DNA of 32,902 bases from Methanomassiliicoccales archaeon (GTDB lineage: Archaea; Thermoplasmatota; Thermoplasmata; Methanomassiliicoccales; JACIVX01), in contig JAJRAG010000045.1 of NCBI GenBank assembly GCA_028682925.1, positions 1 to 32,902 of the forward strand. The letters run 5' to 3'. Below the pieces are notes generated by a model. It saw nothing but the letters and a program-made list of their open reading frames with translations. It made no database searches and was not told the origin of the DNA. The position numbers and the translations under genes were made by a program. Shown one piece after another: positions 18,668 to 25,867 of this stretch (positions are counted from its first letter, which is position 1; the number at the start of each line of letters is the position of its first letter).

Positions 18668-19693
18668 ATGACGCGGAGAGGTTGGACGTATGCTCGTGCT
18701 GGCGTCGATATCAATCGAAAATCCAGAGCGATAGACGCGCTCGTGGACCAGCTGAGATATCGGAGGAAAGGTCGAGGCAAGATGCTAGATGTCATCGGAC
18801 AGTTCACCGGTATGATCGATTTCGGAGACTTGGCCCTCACCCTTTGCACAGATGGCGTCGGAACCAAGCTGCTCGTGGCTGAAGCCCTCGACAAATGGGA
18901 CACCGTCGGCATCGACTGCATTGCGATGAACGTCAATGACACGATTTGCGTCGGGGCCGAACCGATAGCCCTCGTAGACTACATCGCCATGGACCAGCCA
19001 AACGACAGGATTGCCGAGGAGATCGGAATCGGACTGGAGAAGGGTGCAAGACTATCCAACATTGACATAGTCGGAGGGGAAATCGCGATATTGCCGGAAA
19101 TGGTCCGCGGGGTCGACCTGTCGGCCAGCTGCCTGGGTTTCGTAAAGAAGAATGGCATCGTCGATGGTTCCGGAATCGAGGTGGGAGATGCGATAATAGG
19201 ACTGAGGAGCTCCGGAATTCATTCGAACGGACTGACTTTGGCGAGGAAGGTGTTGAAGGACAACGAAATCGAGAATGATGACACATTGGCAGGCCTTCGG
19301 TGCACCGTCGGGGAGGAACTCCTCACCCCCACCAGGATCTATGTGAAGAAGATACTGAAGGTACTCGACGCGTGCACGGTCGGAGGCATGGTGAATGTCA
19401 CCGGGGGAGGATTGAGGAACTTTGTAAGGTTGAAGAAGGGCGTCATGTTCGAGATCGATGGTCCCTTCGTGCCTCAGAAGATATTCAAGATCCTGTCTGA
19501 GATCGGCAACATTCAGCCGAAGGAGATGTACCAGACTTTCAACATGGGCATGGGGTTCGCGCTCGTATGTCCGGCCGAACAAACGAAGGACGTCCTCAGG
19601 GTTCTTGGAGAGGGGGCGAAGGTCGTCGGTGAGGTTAGAAAAGGAGACGGCGTCGGAATTCCGAGCTTAGATCTTCATTACAGAAGCTACTGA
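18668..19693 (+). CDS. purM: Phosphoribosylformylglycinamidine cyclo-ligase (AIR synthetase)
   Basis: TYARAGVDIN, CTDGVGTKLLVAE, DCIAMNVNDT, SSGIHSNGL and TFNMGMGF are present. The start at ATG 18668 gives the usual short N-terminus. The track ORF starts at 18608. Confidence 0.9.
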   Translation: MTRRGWTYARAGVDINRKSRAIDALVDQLRYRRKGRGKMLDVIGQFTGMIDFGDLALTLCTDGVGTKLLVAEALDKWDTVGIDCIAMNVNDTICVGAEPIALVDYIAMDQPNDRIAEEIGIGLEKGARLSNIDIVGGEIAILPEMVRGVDLSASCLGFVKKNGIVDGSGIEVGDAIIGLRSSGIHSNGLTLARKVLKDNEIENDDTLAGLRCTVGEELLTPTRIYVKKILKVLDACTVGGMVNVTGGGLRNFVRLKKGVMFEIDGPFVPQKIFKILSEIGNIQPKEMYQTFNMGMGFALVCPAEQTKDVLRVLGEGAKVVGEVRKGDGVGIPSLDLHYRSY

Positions 19694-19724
19694 GACCGCC
19701 CAGGGAGCCGTTTGAAATATGATG

Positions 19725-20312
19725 TCAACGGTTCTCAGTTGACATTCGTCTCATAGTGTGAAACAACACAGCGACGACGGCCCCCAGTGCTGTACAGGTC
19801 TCGAGAGAATACCCGCCATTGGTGATGTCCAGATGGTGTTGGGCGATTCTTGAAACCTCTTTGGGGGTCCCCTTTGGTCCAGTGCCGAATATCAAACAGA
19901 CGCTTTCCCCATCAAGAAGCATCGAACAGACGTCGTCGACGCTTCTCCGCTTCTTGTCCTCTGCATTGCACGTGGTCAGCACGGTCTCACCCAATTGCGG
20001 AGGGAAGCCCTTGCTTATGTACGGAAAGGTCTGGAAACGACCAGTTGAAGCAAGTTCCGTCAGGTAGCTACCATCCTCCCCGATAGATGTTGTCGTCGCG
20101 ATCCAGTTGGATATCTCCATTGGAGTCGAGAGGTCCCGCGGGAACGGGAACCCGAACGTCGCAAGATTAGCGTCGAATGCGAGAGAGATCGGCCCAGCTC
20201 TGGCCAGTATCCTCCTGTGGGCTTCCCTGAACTTGGCGGGATCGTATGAGTTGTAAAGACCTACGGTCATTCTTCCAAGTCTGGGCACGATTTGGGATTT
20301 GCCTCCGGGCAT
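19725..20312 (-). CDS. Conserved archaeal protein, possibly a SPOUT-class methyltransferase (DUF531-like)
   Basis: The C-terminal CLIFGTGPKGTPKEV...HLDITNGGYSLETCTALGAVVAVLF resembles the SPOUT knot motifs (xxFGxExxGlp ... SLNvsvAagi). The start is taken at MPGGK (20312) to avoid overlap with the dys gene. Confidence 0.45.
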   Translation of the reverse strand: MPGGKSQIVPRLGRMTVGLYNSYDPAKFREAHRRILARAGPISLAFDANLATFGFPFPRDLSTPMEISNWIATTTSIGEDGSYLTELASTGRFQTFPYISKGFPPQLGETVLTTCNAEDKKRRSVDDVCSMLLDGESVCLIFGTGPKGTPKEVSRIAQHHLDITNGGYSLETCTALGAVVAVLFHTMRRMSTENR

Positions 20313-20395
20313 AATAAACCATTCCTCCAATCGAAAGCACTGCAAGGTCGGAAGAGGAAGAAGAGCGGAGGATGGGCAAAGGAGGAAGCGAGCGT

Positions 20396-21454
20396 TCAGT
20401 CTATGTCCATTGGGACCTTCTTGATGCTTTTCAGCATATCTCCATCCCAGACGTATCTGAGCCTCTTGCGGTTCTTCCACACTCCCTTCTGCAGGATGTA
20501 ACCGACCATTAGGCTAAGTCCGATCGACGCCTCGACGTACACGACGGCCTTCGTCGCGTTCCTGTTGATCTTGCCCCAAGACTGTGCCTCCTCAAAAGTG
20601 CAGCCGGAGAGGCCGCCCCAATAGGGAACATCGGTAGTGATCTGTATGGCGTAGTGGTGGCCGCCTTTGTCGTGGCCCAGAGTCTCGGCGATCACCTCGG
20701 TCTGCTGTATGTAGTTCTTCGGGACGCCGCCTCCGATGTATATGACACCGGTCTTGTCCGACTTAATCTTTATCTGGGCTATCTCCCAATTGTCCCGTAT
20801 CGGATCGATGCTCATGAATGGCTTGTTTGCCTTGCGCATCCTTACGTACATTCCCGTCAGCCCGATGCCGATGGATGAGTCGTTAAGAGCGGGGACGAAG
20901 ACCGGGACTCCGTACCTCCTTGCATTGTAAAGGATAGAGTCTTTGCCAGACTGTTGGCCCAGTATCTCCATGAACTCTCGACTCGAGTAGCCGCGTGGCT
21001 CGAGCCCTCCCGCAATGTCGCCGATGAAAGCGTCAGTCTCTCTGAATTTCTCCTCATCGACCAGCGTATCGTATATTCTGTCAAGGAAGAACTCCCTCAA
21101 CTTCAGATCGTCGATATTGGGGGAGCACTTGTAGTGACTGTACCCCCTCGACTGGTAGAAGTCCTGATATGGGATCGCACCGATCGACACGATTCCGTCG
21201 ACAATGCCATACCTTATCATGTCGACTATGATCTTCCTAAGCCCTGCAGCGACCAAAGGACCGGCAAGACCCAAAAGGATCGTCGGTCGGCTCGGGTCCT
21301 TCAGGGCGTTCTCGTACGCCATGGCACATGTGGCCAAGGCTCGACTCTGCACAGAGCTATCCTTATATGCTTCGACCAGATCCTCAACCGTCGAGATTCT
21401 GTCGAAGTCGATGTGCTTCACTTTCTCTTTCAACAAATCCTTTCTGCTGACCAT
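20396..21454 (-). CDS. dys: Deoxyhypusine synthase
   Basis: There is full-length resemblance to DHS, including LAGPLVAAGLR, IPALNDSSIG-type PALNDSSIGIGL and IYIGGGVPKNYIQQ. ATG 21454 (MVSRK) has GAGGGA 8 nt upstream. The track uses TTG 21472. Confidence 0.9.
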   Translation of the reverse strand: MVSRKDLLKEKVKHIDFDRISTVEDLVEAYKDSSVQSRALATCAMAYENALKDPSRPTILLGLAGPLVAAGLRKIIVDMIRYGIVDGIVSIGAIPYQDFYQSRGYSHYKCSPNIDDLKLREFFLDRIYDTLVDEEKFRETDAFIGDIAGGLEPRGYSSREFMEILGQQSGKDSILYNARRYGVPVFVPALNDSSIGIGLTGMYVRMRKANKPFMSIDPIRDNWEIAQIKIKSDKTGVIYIGGGVPKNYIQQTEVIAETLGHDKGGHHYAIQITTDVPYWGGLSGCTFEEAQSWGKINRNATKAVVYVEASIGLSLMVGYILQKGVWKNRKRLRYVWDGDMLKSIKKVPMDID

Positions 21455-21508
21455 TGAGAATCCCTCAGACAATTCGAATTCAGATGCCTCCGGTCCCCTC
21501 GAGATTCA

Positions 21509-21679
21509 TCAGAGCTCGCGTCCAGTCTTTTTAGGACGGCTGCAAATCGCATACTCGTCCCCGTCGAAGAAAACGTCCAGCTCAGGATGCTCGGTCTGAA
21601 TCTCCTCGATTTTCCTGAGGACCTCCCGCAGTGTCATGTCGCTGTTCTTGTCTATTTTGACGTATATGCGCTTCTCCAT
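21509..21679 (-). CDS. Small ORF of 56 aa that is absent from the supplied ORF track: MEKRIYVKIDKNSDMTLREVLRKIEEIQTEHPELDVFFDGDEYAICSRPKKTGREL
   Basis: Hand-translated from the minus strand. It has an ATG start with AGGTG 7-11 nt upstream and a TGA stop at 21511..21509. It is co-oriented with dys and ends about 55 nt upstream of the dys ATG. It fills an otherwise empty gap. Confidence 0.4.
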   Translation of the reverse strand: MEKRIYVKIDKNSDMTLREVLRKIEEIQTEHPELDVFFDGDEYAICSRPKKTGREL

Positions 21680-21984
21680 CCACGACACCTGGCTGCAGCC
21701 GATGCTGTACTAAGATGCTCGTGTCTGTATTTATCTTTTTGTCATCTTTGATTGCACCAAGAGAAGTGTCTCACGGAATCCAGACACCCGGATTCATCGA
21801 AAAGAAAGGGAGACATCTGTTTGATCATCGACCATTTCGAATTGATCACAATTCAAAACGTCTTCCTTGTTGCAATAGTGTTGAATTCGTGGCATGAGAC
21901 AACAATCAAGCCAGATCGTTACGATCGACATCAAAAGAACTAGGTTCTGAGTTGATATCGAAAAGGGGTAACAAGACCAGAACG

Positions 21985-21992
21985 TTAAAATA
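21985..21992 (+). promoter_or_regulatory. Candidate TATA box (TTAAAATA) upstream of the coiled-coil KaiC-like gene
   Basis: It lies about 60 nt upstream of GTG 22052, within a 370-nt AT-rich non-coding region. Confidence 0.3.
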
Positions 21993-22051
21993 TCAATATC
22001 AATCTAAACTTGGTCTAAGTCAACATTATTTCGGCCAGCAGGTGAAACTGA

Positions 22052-24004
22052 GTGCAGAAGAAATCGGAGGGAGACAACCTGGACTACCAGGGAACACTAG
22101 ATGGTTCCAAGGCATCTTCTGAAGAGACTGGTCCGATTGAAACGGACGATGTATCGCCAGAGAAGACGGACGAACTCAAGAGATGGTTGAGCGGAGAGGA
22201 TACCCTTCTTTCTTGGCTTAATGAAGGTCCGGAATCGGGACTGCTCGTCAATTCTGACCTCGAAATCGGAGGAAGTATAGAACCTTCGGAAGATCAGCTG
22301 GCTTTGAAAGAGAAGGTTGCAGACTATGAGGACGAGCTCACGCGATTGAGGAAAGAAATCAATGAGATGAGGGCAAAGGACGATATTGTCGGACCCGATG
22401 AATCGGTGACCGCGAGGAAGCTGCGAGAGCTGTCGAATGAGAATACAAAGCTACTGAAGGAGTTGGAGAGCGCACGGGAATTGAGGGAAGCGCTCAAGAA
22501 TCAGTTCGAGATCTCGATGAAGGACCTTCCCGGAGATAGGGTGTCAATCATTCAGAAGGAATTGGAGCTCAAGGAACTCGAGAAAGAGCTGACCTCCAGA
22601 GAAGCCATCGTGGCAGAAAAGGAATCGATGTTGAGGGACAAACCGATATCCACCGAAGACGGAATTGACCTCGAGGAGAGATTCCACGCTGAGCTCAGAG
22701 AAAAAGATCTAGAGTTCCAGCGCAGGGAGCAGGAGCTCTTGACGAAGATCGAGGGGCTTGAGCAAAACCTCAAACAGAAAGTGATGGATGACGAGCTTCT
22801 TGAGAACGAACTGAGAATCGCGCGGATGACTGGCCCCGACGCGCAGAAGGAGATACTGGAGAGAACAAAGAGTCTCGCGCTCAAGGAGAAGTCCATAATG
22901 CTGAAGGACGCGGAAATCGAGAAACTCAGGATAGAGAATCGGGAGAAGGATGATGAGCTTTCGAAGATCAAATCCGTCGTCTCATATAAAGAAGAAGAGA
23001 TCCTTCGAAGAGACGAGGATTTGTTCTACAGAGAGAAGGTACTGTCAGAGGAACGACGCAGATACGATGAGATGAAGAAGCAGCTCTCAGGCCTCGACGA
23101 GGTGGAACTCAAGAAGCGCCTCGAGGATCTGAAGATGGAAGTCCAAAGGAAGGAGGAGGAAATCCGAGCAAAGGAGAAGTACCTCAATTCGAAAATGGAA
23201 GAGCTGCGCCGGAGAGAACAAGGCATCATCGAGGACGAGATATCGGCGAGAGAACAAGACAGAGCACTTGAGGTGCAGCAGGCTAAGGTGAAGACCGGAA
23301 ACGACCGTTTGGACGACCTTCTGCTTGGAGGTATCCCGTTCGGATCGAACATTCTGGTTCATGGTCCGCCCTTCGTAGGAAAAGAAGTGATGATGAACCA
23401 GTTCATGGCAGAGGGCCTCAAGAAGGGGCTACCAGTATTGTGGGTCCTCACAGACAAGACTCCTCACGACATCCGAGAAGAAATGAACTATGTCCTGTCC
23501 GGATACGAAGAATATGAGAAGTTGGGTCTGGTGAAGTACATCGACTCATATTCCAGGAGCATGGGGGAGACCACTGACGATCCTTTTACCACCTACATCG
23601 ACGAACCGACCGACCATGACTCGATTATGGAAAACGTCGAGAAAATTGTAAAGCAATACAAAGAGAAGCACGAGCTCTACCGCCTCGCATTCCGATCCAT
23701 CTCGACCCTGATAGCCTACTCAGATCCAAACACGGCGTTCAGATTCTTGAGCCCATTCTGCGGCAGGAGGAAGAGGGACAAGGCAGTCGCACTCTTCACC
23801 GTGGAGAAGGGCGTGCATGGTGAGCAGGAAATCCAAATGCTTGGATCGATCATGGATGGAATGATCGATTTCAAGGTTGACCAGTTGAGAACGTTCTTCG
23901 CGGTCAGTGGCATCTCTGACGTGCAATCAAGAGCGTACATAAGGTACACTTCGAGCAAGCATGGCCTGACAATAGGCTCATTCGCCCTTGAGCACATTCG
24001 TTGA
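22052..24004 (+). CDS. Coiled-coil protein with a C-terminal KaiC/ArlH(FlaH)-like RecA-superfamily domain and degenerate Walker motifs
   Basis: The GTG start has AGGTGA 8 nt upstream. Residues about 85-415 are E/K/L/R-rich with heptad-like periodicity (LKELESARELREALKNQFE, KELELKELEKELTSREA and similar). The C-terminal 230 aa reads LDDLLLGGIPFGSNILVHGPPFVGKE...LWVLTD...YRLAFRSISTLI, which is the KaiC/RAD55/GvpD-family layout. No TM helix is present. Confidence 0.75.
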   Translation: MQKKSEGDNLDYQGTLDGSKASSEETGPIETDDVSPEKTDELKRWLSGEDTLLSWLNEGPESGLLVNSDLEIGGSIEPSEDQLALKEKVADYEDELTRLRKEINEMRAKDDIVGPDESVTARKLRELSNENTKLLKELESARELREALKNQFEISMKDLPGDRVSIIQKELELKELEKELTSREAIVAEKESMLRDKPISTEDGIDLEERFHAELREKDLEFQRREQELLTKIEGLEQNLKQKVMDDELLENELRIARMTGPDAQKEILERTKSLALKEKSIMLKDAEIEKLRIENREKDDELSKIKSVVSYKEEEILRRDEDLFYREKVLSEERRRYDEMKKQLSGLDEVELKKRLEDLKMEVQRKEEEIRAKEKYLNSKMEELRRREQGIIEDEISAREQDRALEVQQAKVKTGNDRLDDLLLGGIPFGSNILVHGPPFVGKEVMMNQFMAEGLKKGLPVLWVLTDKTPHDIREEMNYVLSGYEEYEKLGLVKYIDSYSRSMGETTDDPFTTYIDEPTDHDSIMENVEKIVKQYKEKHELYRLAFRSISTLIAYSDPNTAFRFLSPFCGRRKRDKAVALFTVEKGVHGEQEIQMLGSIMDGMIDFKVDQLRTFFAVSGISDVQSRAYIRYTSSKHGLTIGSFALEHIR

Positions 24005-24028
24005 CGGCATTCGGCGCAATTTGACCGT

Positions 24029-24454
24029 TCAAGCAACTTCAACGCTTTCTCCAGGCCCTCTTACGTTCTTCTTTTGAATATTCACCCTTGGTAGCGGAAA
24101 GGGTGGAGGCAGCCTAATATCCCGAGAGACGAGCAAAGCTGTTGGGATACAGTTCGAGACAATCGAGTTGTGGACAAGGTTCGCTGCCTCATCGGGCATG
24201 GAGTTCTTCTTCGACCATTCGTCCACGAGAATCGAGACCTCGCCGCATAGCGTTATTTGGCCTTCAATCTTTATGTATCCCATTCCGACATAGTTAGCGG
24301 TGAACCTGAACTCGACCGAAGCGGTATCCTCCCCAACCTTCGAGATCTGGGTCACTGTACTGTTCTGATCGATTCTGACATTGGAGATCCGTTCACCAGA
24401 TTTTGAGAATCTCTTTGCCTCGATCGTGTGCGTCTCAAATCCCTTGACCTGCAT
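24029..24454 (-). CDS. Hypothetical protein (141 aa) with a SecB-like fold pattern
   Basis: ATG 24454 starts MQVKGFE, and an upstream TTG at 24466 is also possible. Four predicted beta strands are followed by a long helix and a C-terminal IPTALLVSRDIRLPPPFPLPRVNI. That tail parallels the SecB segment LFPYARE...RGxFPxLxLAPVNF. The resemblance was judged by eye only. Confidence 0.5.
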   Translation of the reverse strand: MQVKGFETHTIEAKRFSKSGERISNVRIDQNSTVTQISKVGEDTASVEFRFTANYVGMGYIKIEGQITLCGEVSILVDEWSKKNSMPDEAANLVHNSIVSNCIPTALLVSRDIRLPPPFPLPRVNIQKKNVRGPGESVEVA

Positions 24455-24545
24455 CCTCACGCCCAATGGGCCAATCGCTCATTTAGATAATAGACATTTC
24501 GACAGCGACTGAAGCATGAAAGGTTGATTTCATTGAACGTCGAGA

Positions 24546-24638
24546 TGCCGCGGGCCGGACTTGAACCAGCGACTTCAAGATATCCGCTCCCGTGCAGGGA
24601 ACTTCAGTCTTGCACTCTCCCAACTGAGTTACCGCGGC
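24546..24638 (-). tRNA. tRNA-Phe (anticodon GAA) with a 20-nt intron at the canonical 37/38 position and no encoded CCA
   Basis: The reverse complement reads GCCGCGG TA ACTC AGTTGGGA GAGT G CAAGA CTGAAG [TTCCCTGCACGGGAGCGGAT] A TCTTG AAGTC GCTGG TTCAAGT CCGGC CCGCGGC A. All four stems pair, with one G-U in the T stem. The discriminator is A. Confidence 0.85.
24582..24601 (-). other. tRNA intron (20 nt) with a relaxed bulge-helix-bulge
   Basis: The proposed fold has a central helix CTGA/GCGG with 3 of 4 pairs, flanked by the 3-nt bulges AG|T and AT|A. The inner helix is TCCC/GGGA with loop TGCAC. The splice sites fall symmetrically in the bulges. Confidence 0.6.
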
Positions 24639-24664
24639 TTGCGCTCAGAGAACAGAGAGGGTTG

Positions 24665-24671
24665 TAATAAA
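24665..24671 (-). promoter_or_regulatory. TATA box (TTTATTA) at -27 to -33 relative to the tRNA-Phe 5' end
   Basis: The spacing fits an archaeal TATA-to-transcription-start distance. Confidence 0.45.
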
Positions 24672-24857
24672 GCTTACTTATTGACGAATCTGGATATACT
24701 TCGTCATATTCAAGATCCCCAGCGCTGCGACCTGTCATTCGACATCGCTGGCGGAGATGCTTTTGTCGATGGTTGGCAATAAAACGATGGTACCGAGAAA
24801 ACGCTCTCCAACGCGTTTCTGACGTCGTTCTCAATTCGAGCCAGCAATCACGACATG

Positions 24858-24865
24858 TTTAAATA
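24858..24865 (+). promoter_or_regulatory. TATA box (TTTAAATA) upstream of the type IV filament operon
   Basis: It matches the archaeal TATA consensus TTTAWATA. It lies 52 nt upstream of ATG 24917 and 79 nt upstream of ATG 24944. Confidence 0.4.
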
Positions 24866-24943
24866 GTTATATGTTGCTCATTTTCACCCGAAGGAACTGG
24901 GTCACTGGTGTAGCGTATGTTCGGTTCCCGTGAGGGACTACGG

Positions 24944-25852
24944 ATGAATAGATTGAGCAAGCGTCACTTTCTGAAGCGTGATAGGGAAGGAGTCGCTTCG
25001 ACAGTGGGCACGATAATGGCCTTGCTAGTATTCATGACATTTCTCTCGATGTTCACGAACTCGTACATTCCAGTATGGATGCAGGACAACGAAAGGGCAC
25101 ATATGAACCAGGCTATCAACCAGTTTGCAGACCTCAAGGGAAAGATAGACAGCCTTATTGTCACTGCCCAAGTGACTGGATCCAGCACGATTCACATGTA
25201 TTCACCGATAACGCTCGGTGCCCAAGGGATACCTGTCTTTGCCTCCCCGACGGCCGGGTTGTTGACCTACTCTCCTCAGGGAACGGGTGACTCAGGCATC
25301 TACGTTAAGTTCAACTACTCACTTGATGGGGTGAAGACCAGAGTGTCGGAATCGGGTGGCGGTATGGTGGAGCTGTATGCGCCGAATAGGTATTACGTCC
25401 AGCAGTGGGTCGGATATGAGAACGGCGCGATGATCGTAAAACAGCAAGACGGTCAAATCCTAAGGGCATGGCCGAGCATCCAGGTCGAGAAAATTGGGTC
25501 CTCGATAAATATCAGGTTCACTCAAATCGACTTTATTGGGACTAATGCTAGCGTTGGCGGTACCGGCACGGTCGGCCTGAATCTGAACCTGGTCTACATC
25601 GACTCCCAGACATATTCATTTGACAGCACTAGTGGAATGGATGTGAACATAACGTTCAGAACGAGATACTGGGACGCATGGCAGCAGTTCCTCGATGACA
25701 CGTGCTTGAAGGCCGGACTGACTTCTCCCACGAACTACGGAATAAAAATCCAGCAAGTGAATGACAATGTCGAGACCGTCACGCTTTGGATAAAGAATTC
25801 AGGAACGATGATCTACAATAGAGCGTTCATGGACGTATCGGTGCAGATCTGA
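24944..25852 (+). CDS. Class III (type IV prepilin-like) signal peptide protein of about 300 aa; putative pilin-like or filament-associated subunit
   Basis: The N-terminus MNRLSKRHFLKRDREG/VASTVGTIMALLVFMTFLSMF has a charged leader, a Gly at the likely cleavage site and a hydrophobic helix of about 20 aa. The rest is rich in beta strands and in S/T/G/N. ATG 24944 has GAGGGA upstream, and 24917 is an alternative start. Confidence 0.65.
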   Translation: MNRLSKRHFLKRDREGVASTVGTIMALLVFMTFLSMFTNSYIPVWMQDNERAHMNQAINQFADLKGKIDSLIVTAQVTGSSTIHMYSPITLGAQGIPVFASPTAGLLTYSPQGTGDSGIYVKFNYSLDGVKTRVSESGGGMVELYAPNRYYVQQWVGYENGAMIVKQQDGQILRAWPSIQVEKIGSSINIRFTQIDFIGTNASVGGTGTVGLNLNLVYIDSQTYSFDSTSGMDVNITFRTRYWDAWQQFLDDTCLKAGLTSPTNYGIKIQQVNDNVETVTLWIKNSGTMIYNRAFMDVSVQI

Positions 25853-25867
25853 TGATGAAGCGGTGTA

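Noticed and set aside
21715-21943. Two overlapping plus-strand ORFs of 60 and 63 aa in the spacer upstream of the KaiC-like gene
   Set aside because: They lie in an AT-rich promoter-like spacer, overlap each other in different frames, lack ribosome-binding sites and have implausible composition.
22552-23362. Minus-strand ORFs of 139, 108 and 91 aa inside the coiled-coil gene
   Set aside because: They are the antisense reading of GAA/GAG/AAG-rich coiled-coil codons and give Ser/Phe/Leu low-complexity strings. No start context is present.
21680-24638. A tRNA-Phe-linked integrated mobile element or genomic island
   Set aside because: No integrase or recombinase gene is present in the window. 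I found no direct repeat of the tRNA 3' half (plus-strand tgccgcgggccggacttgaacc). No obvious compositional shift is visible by eye.
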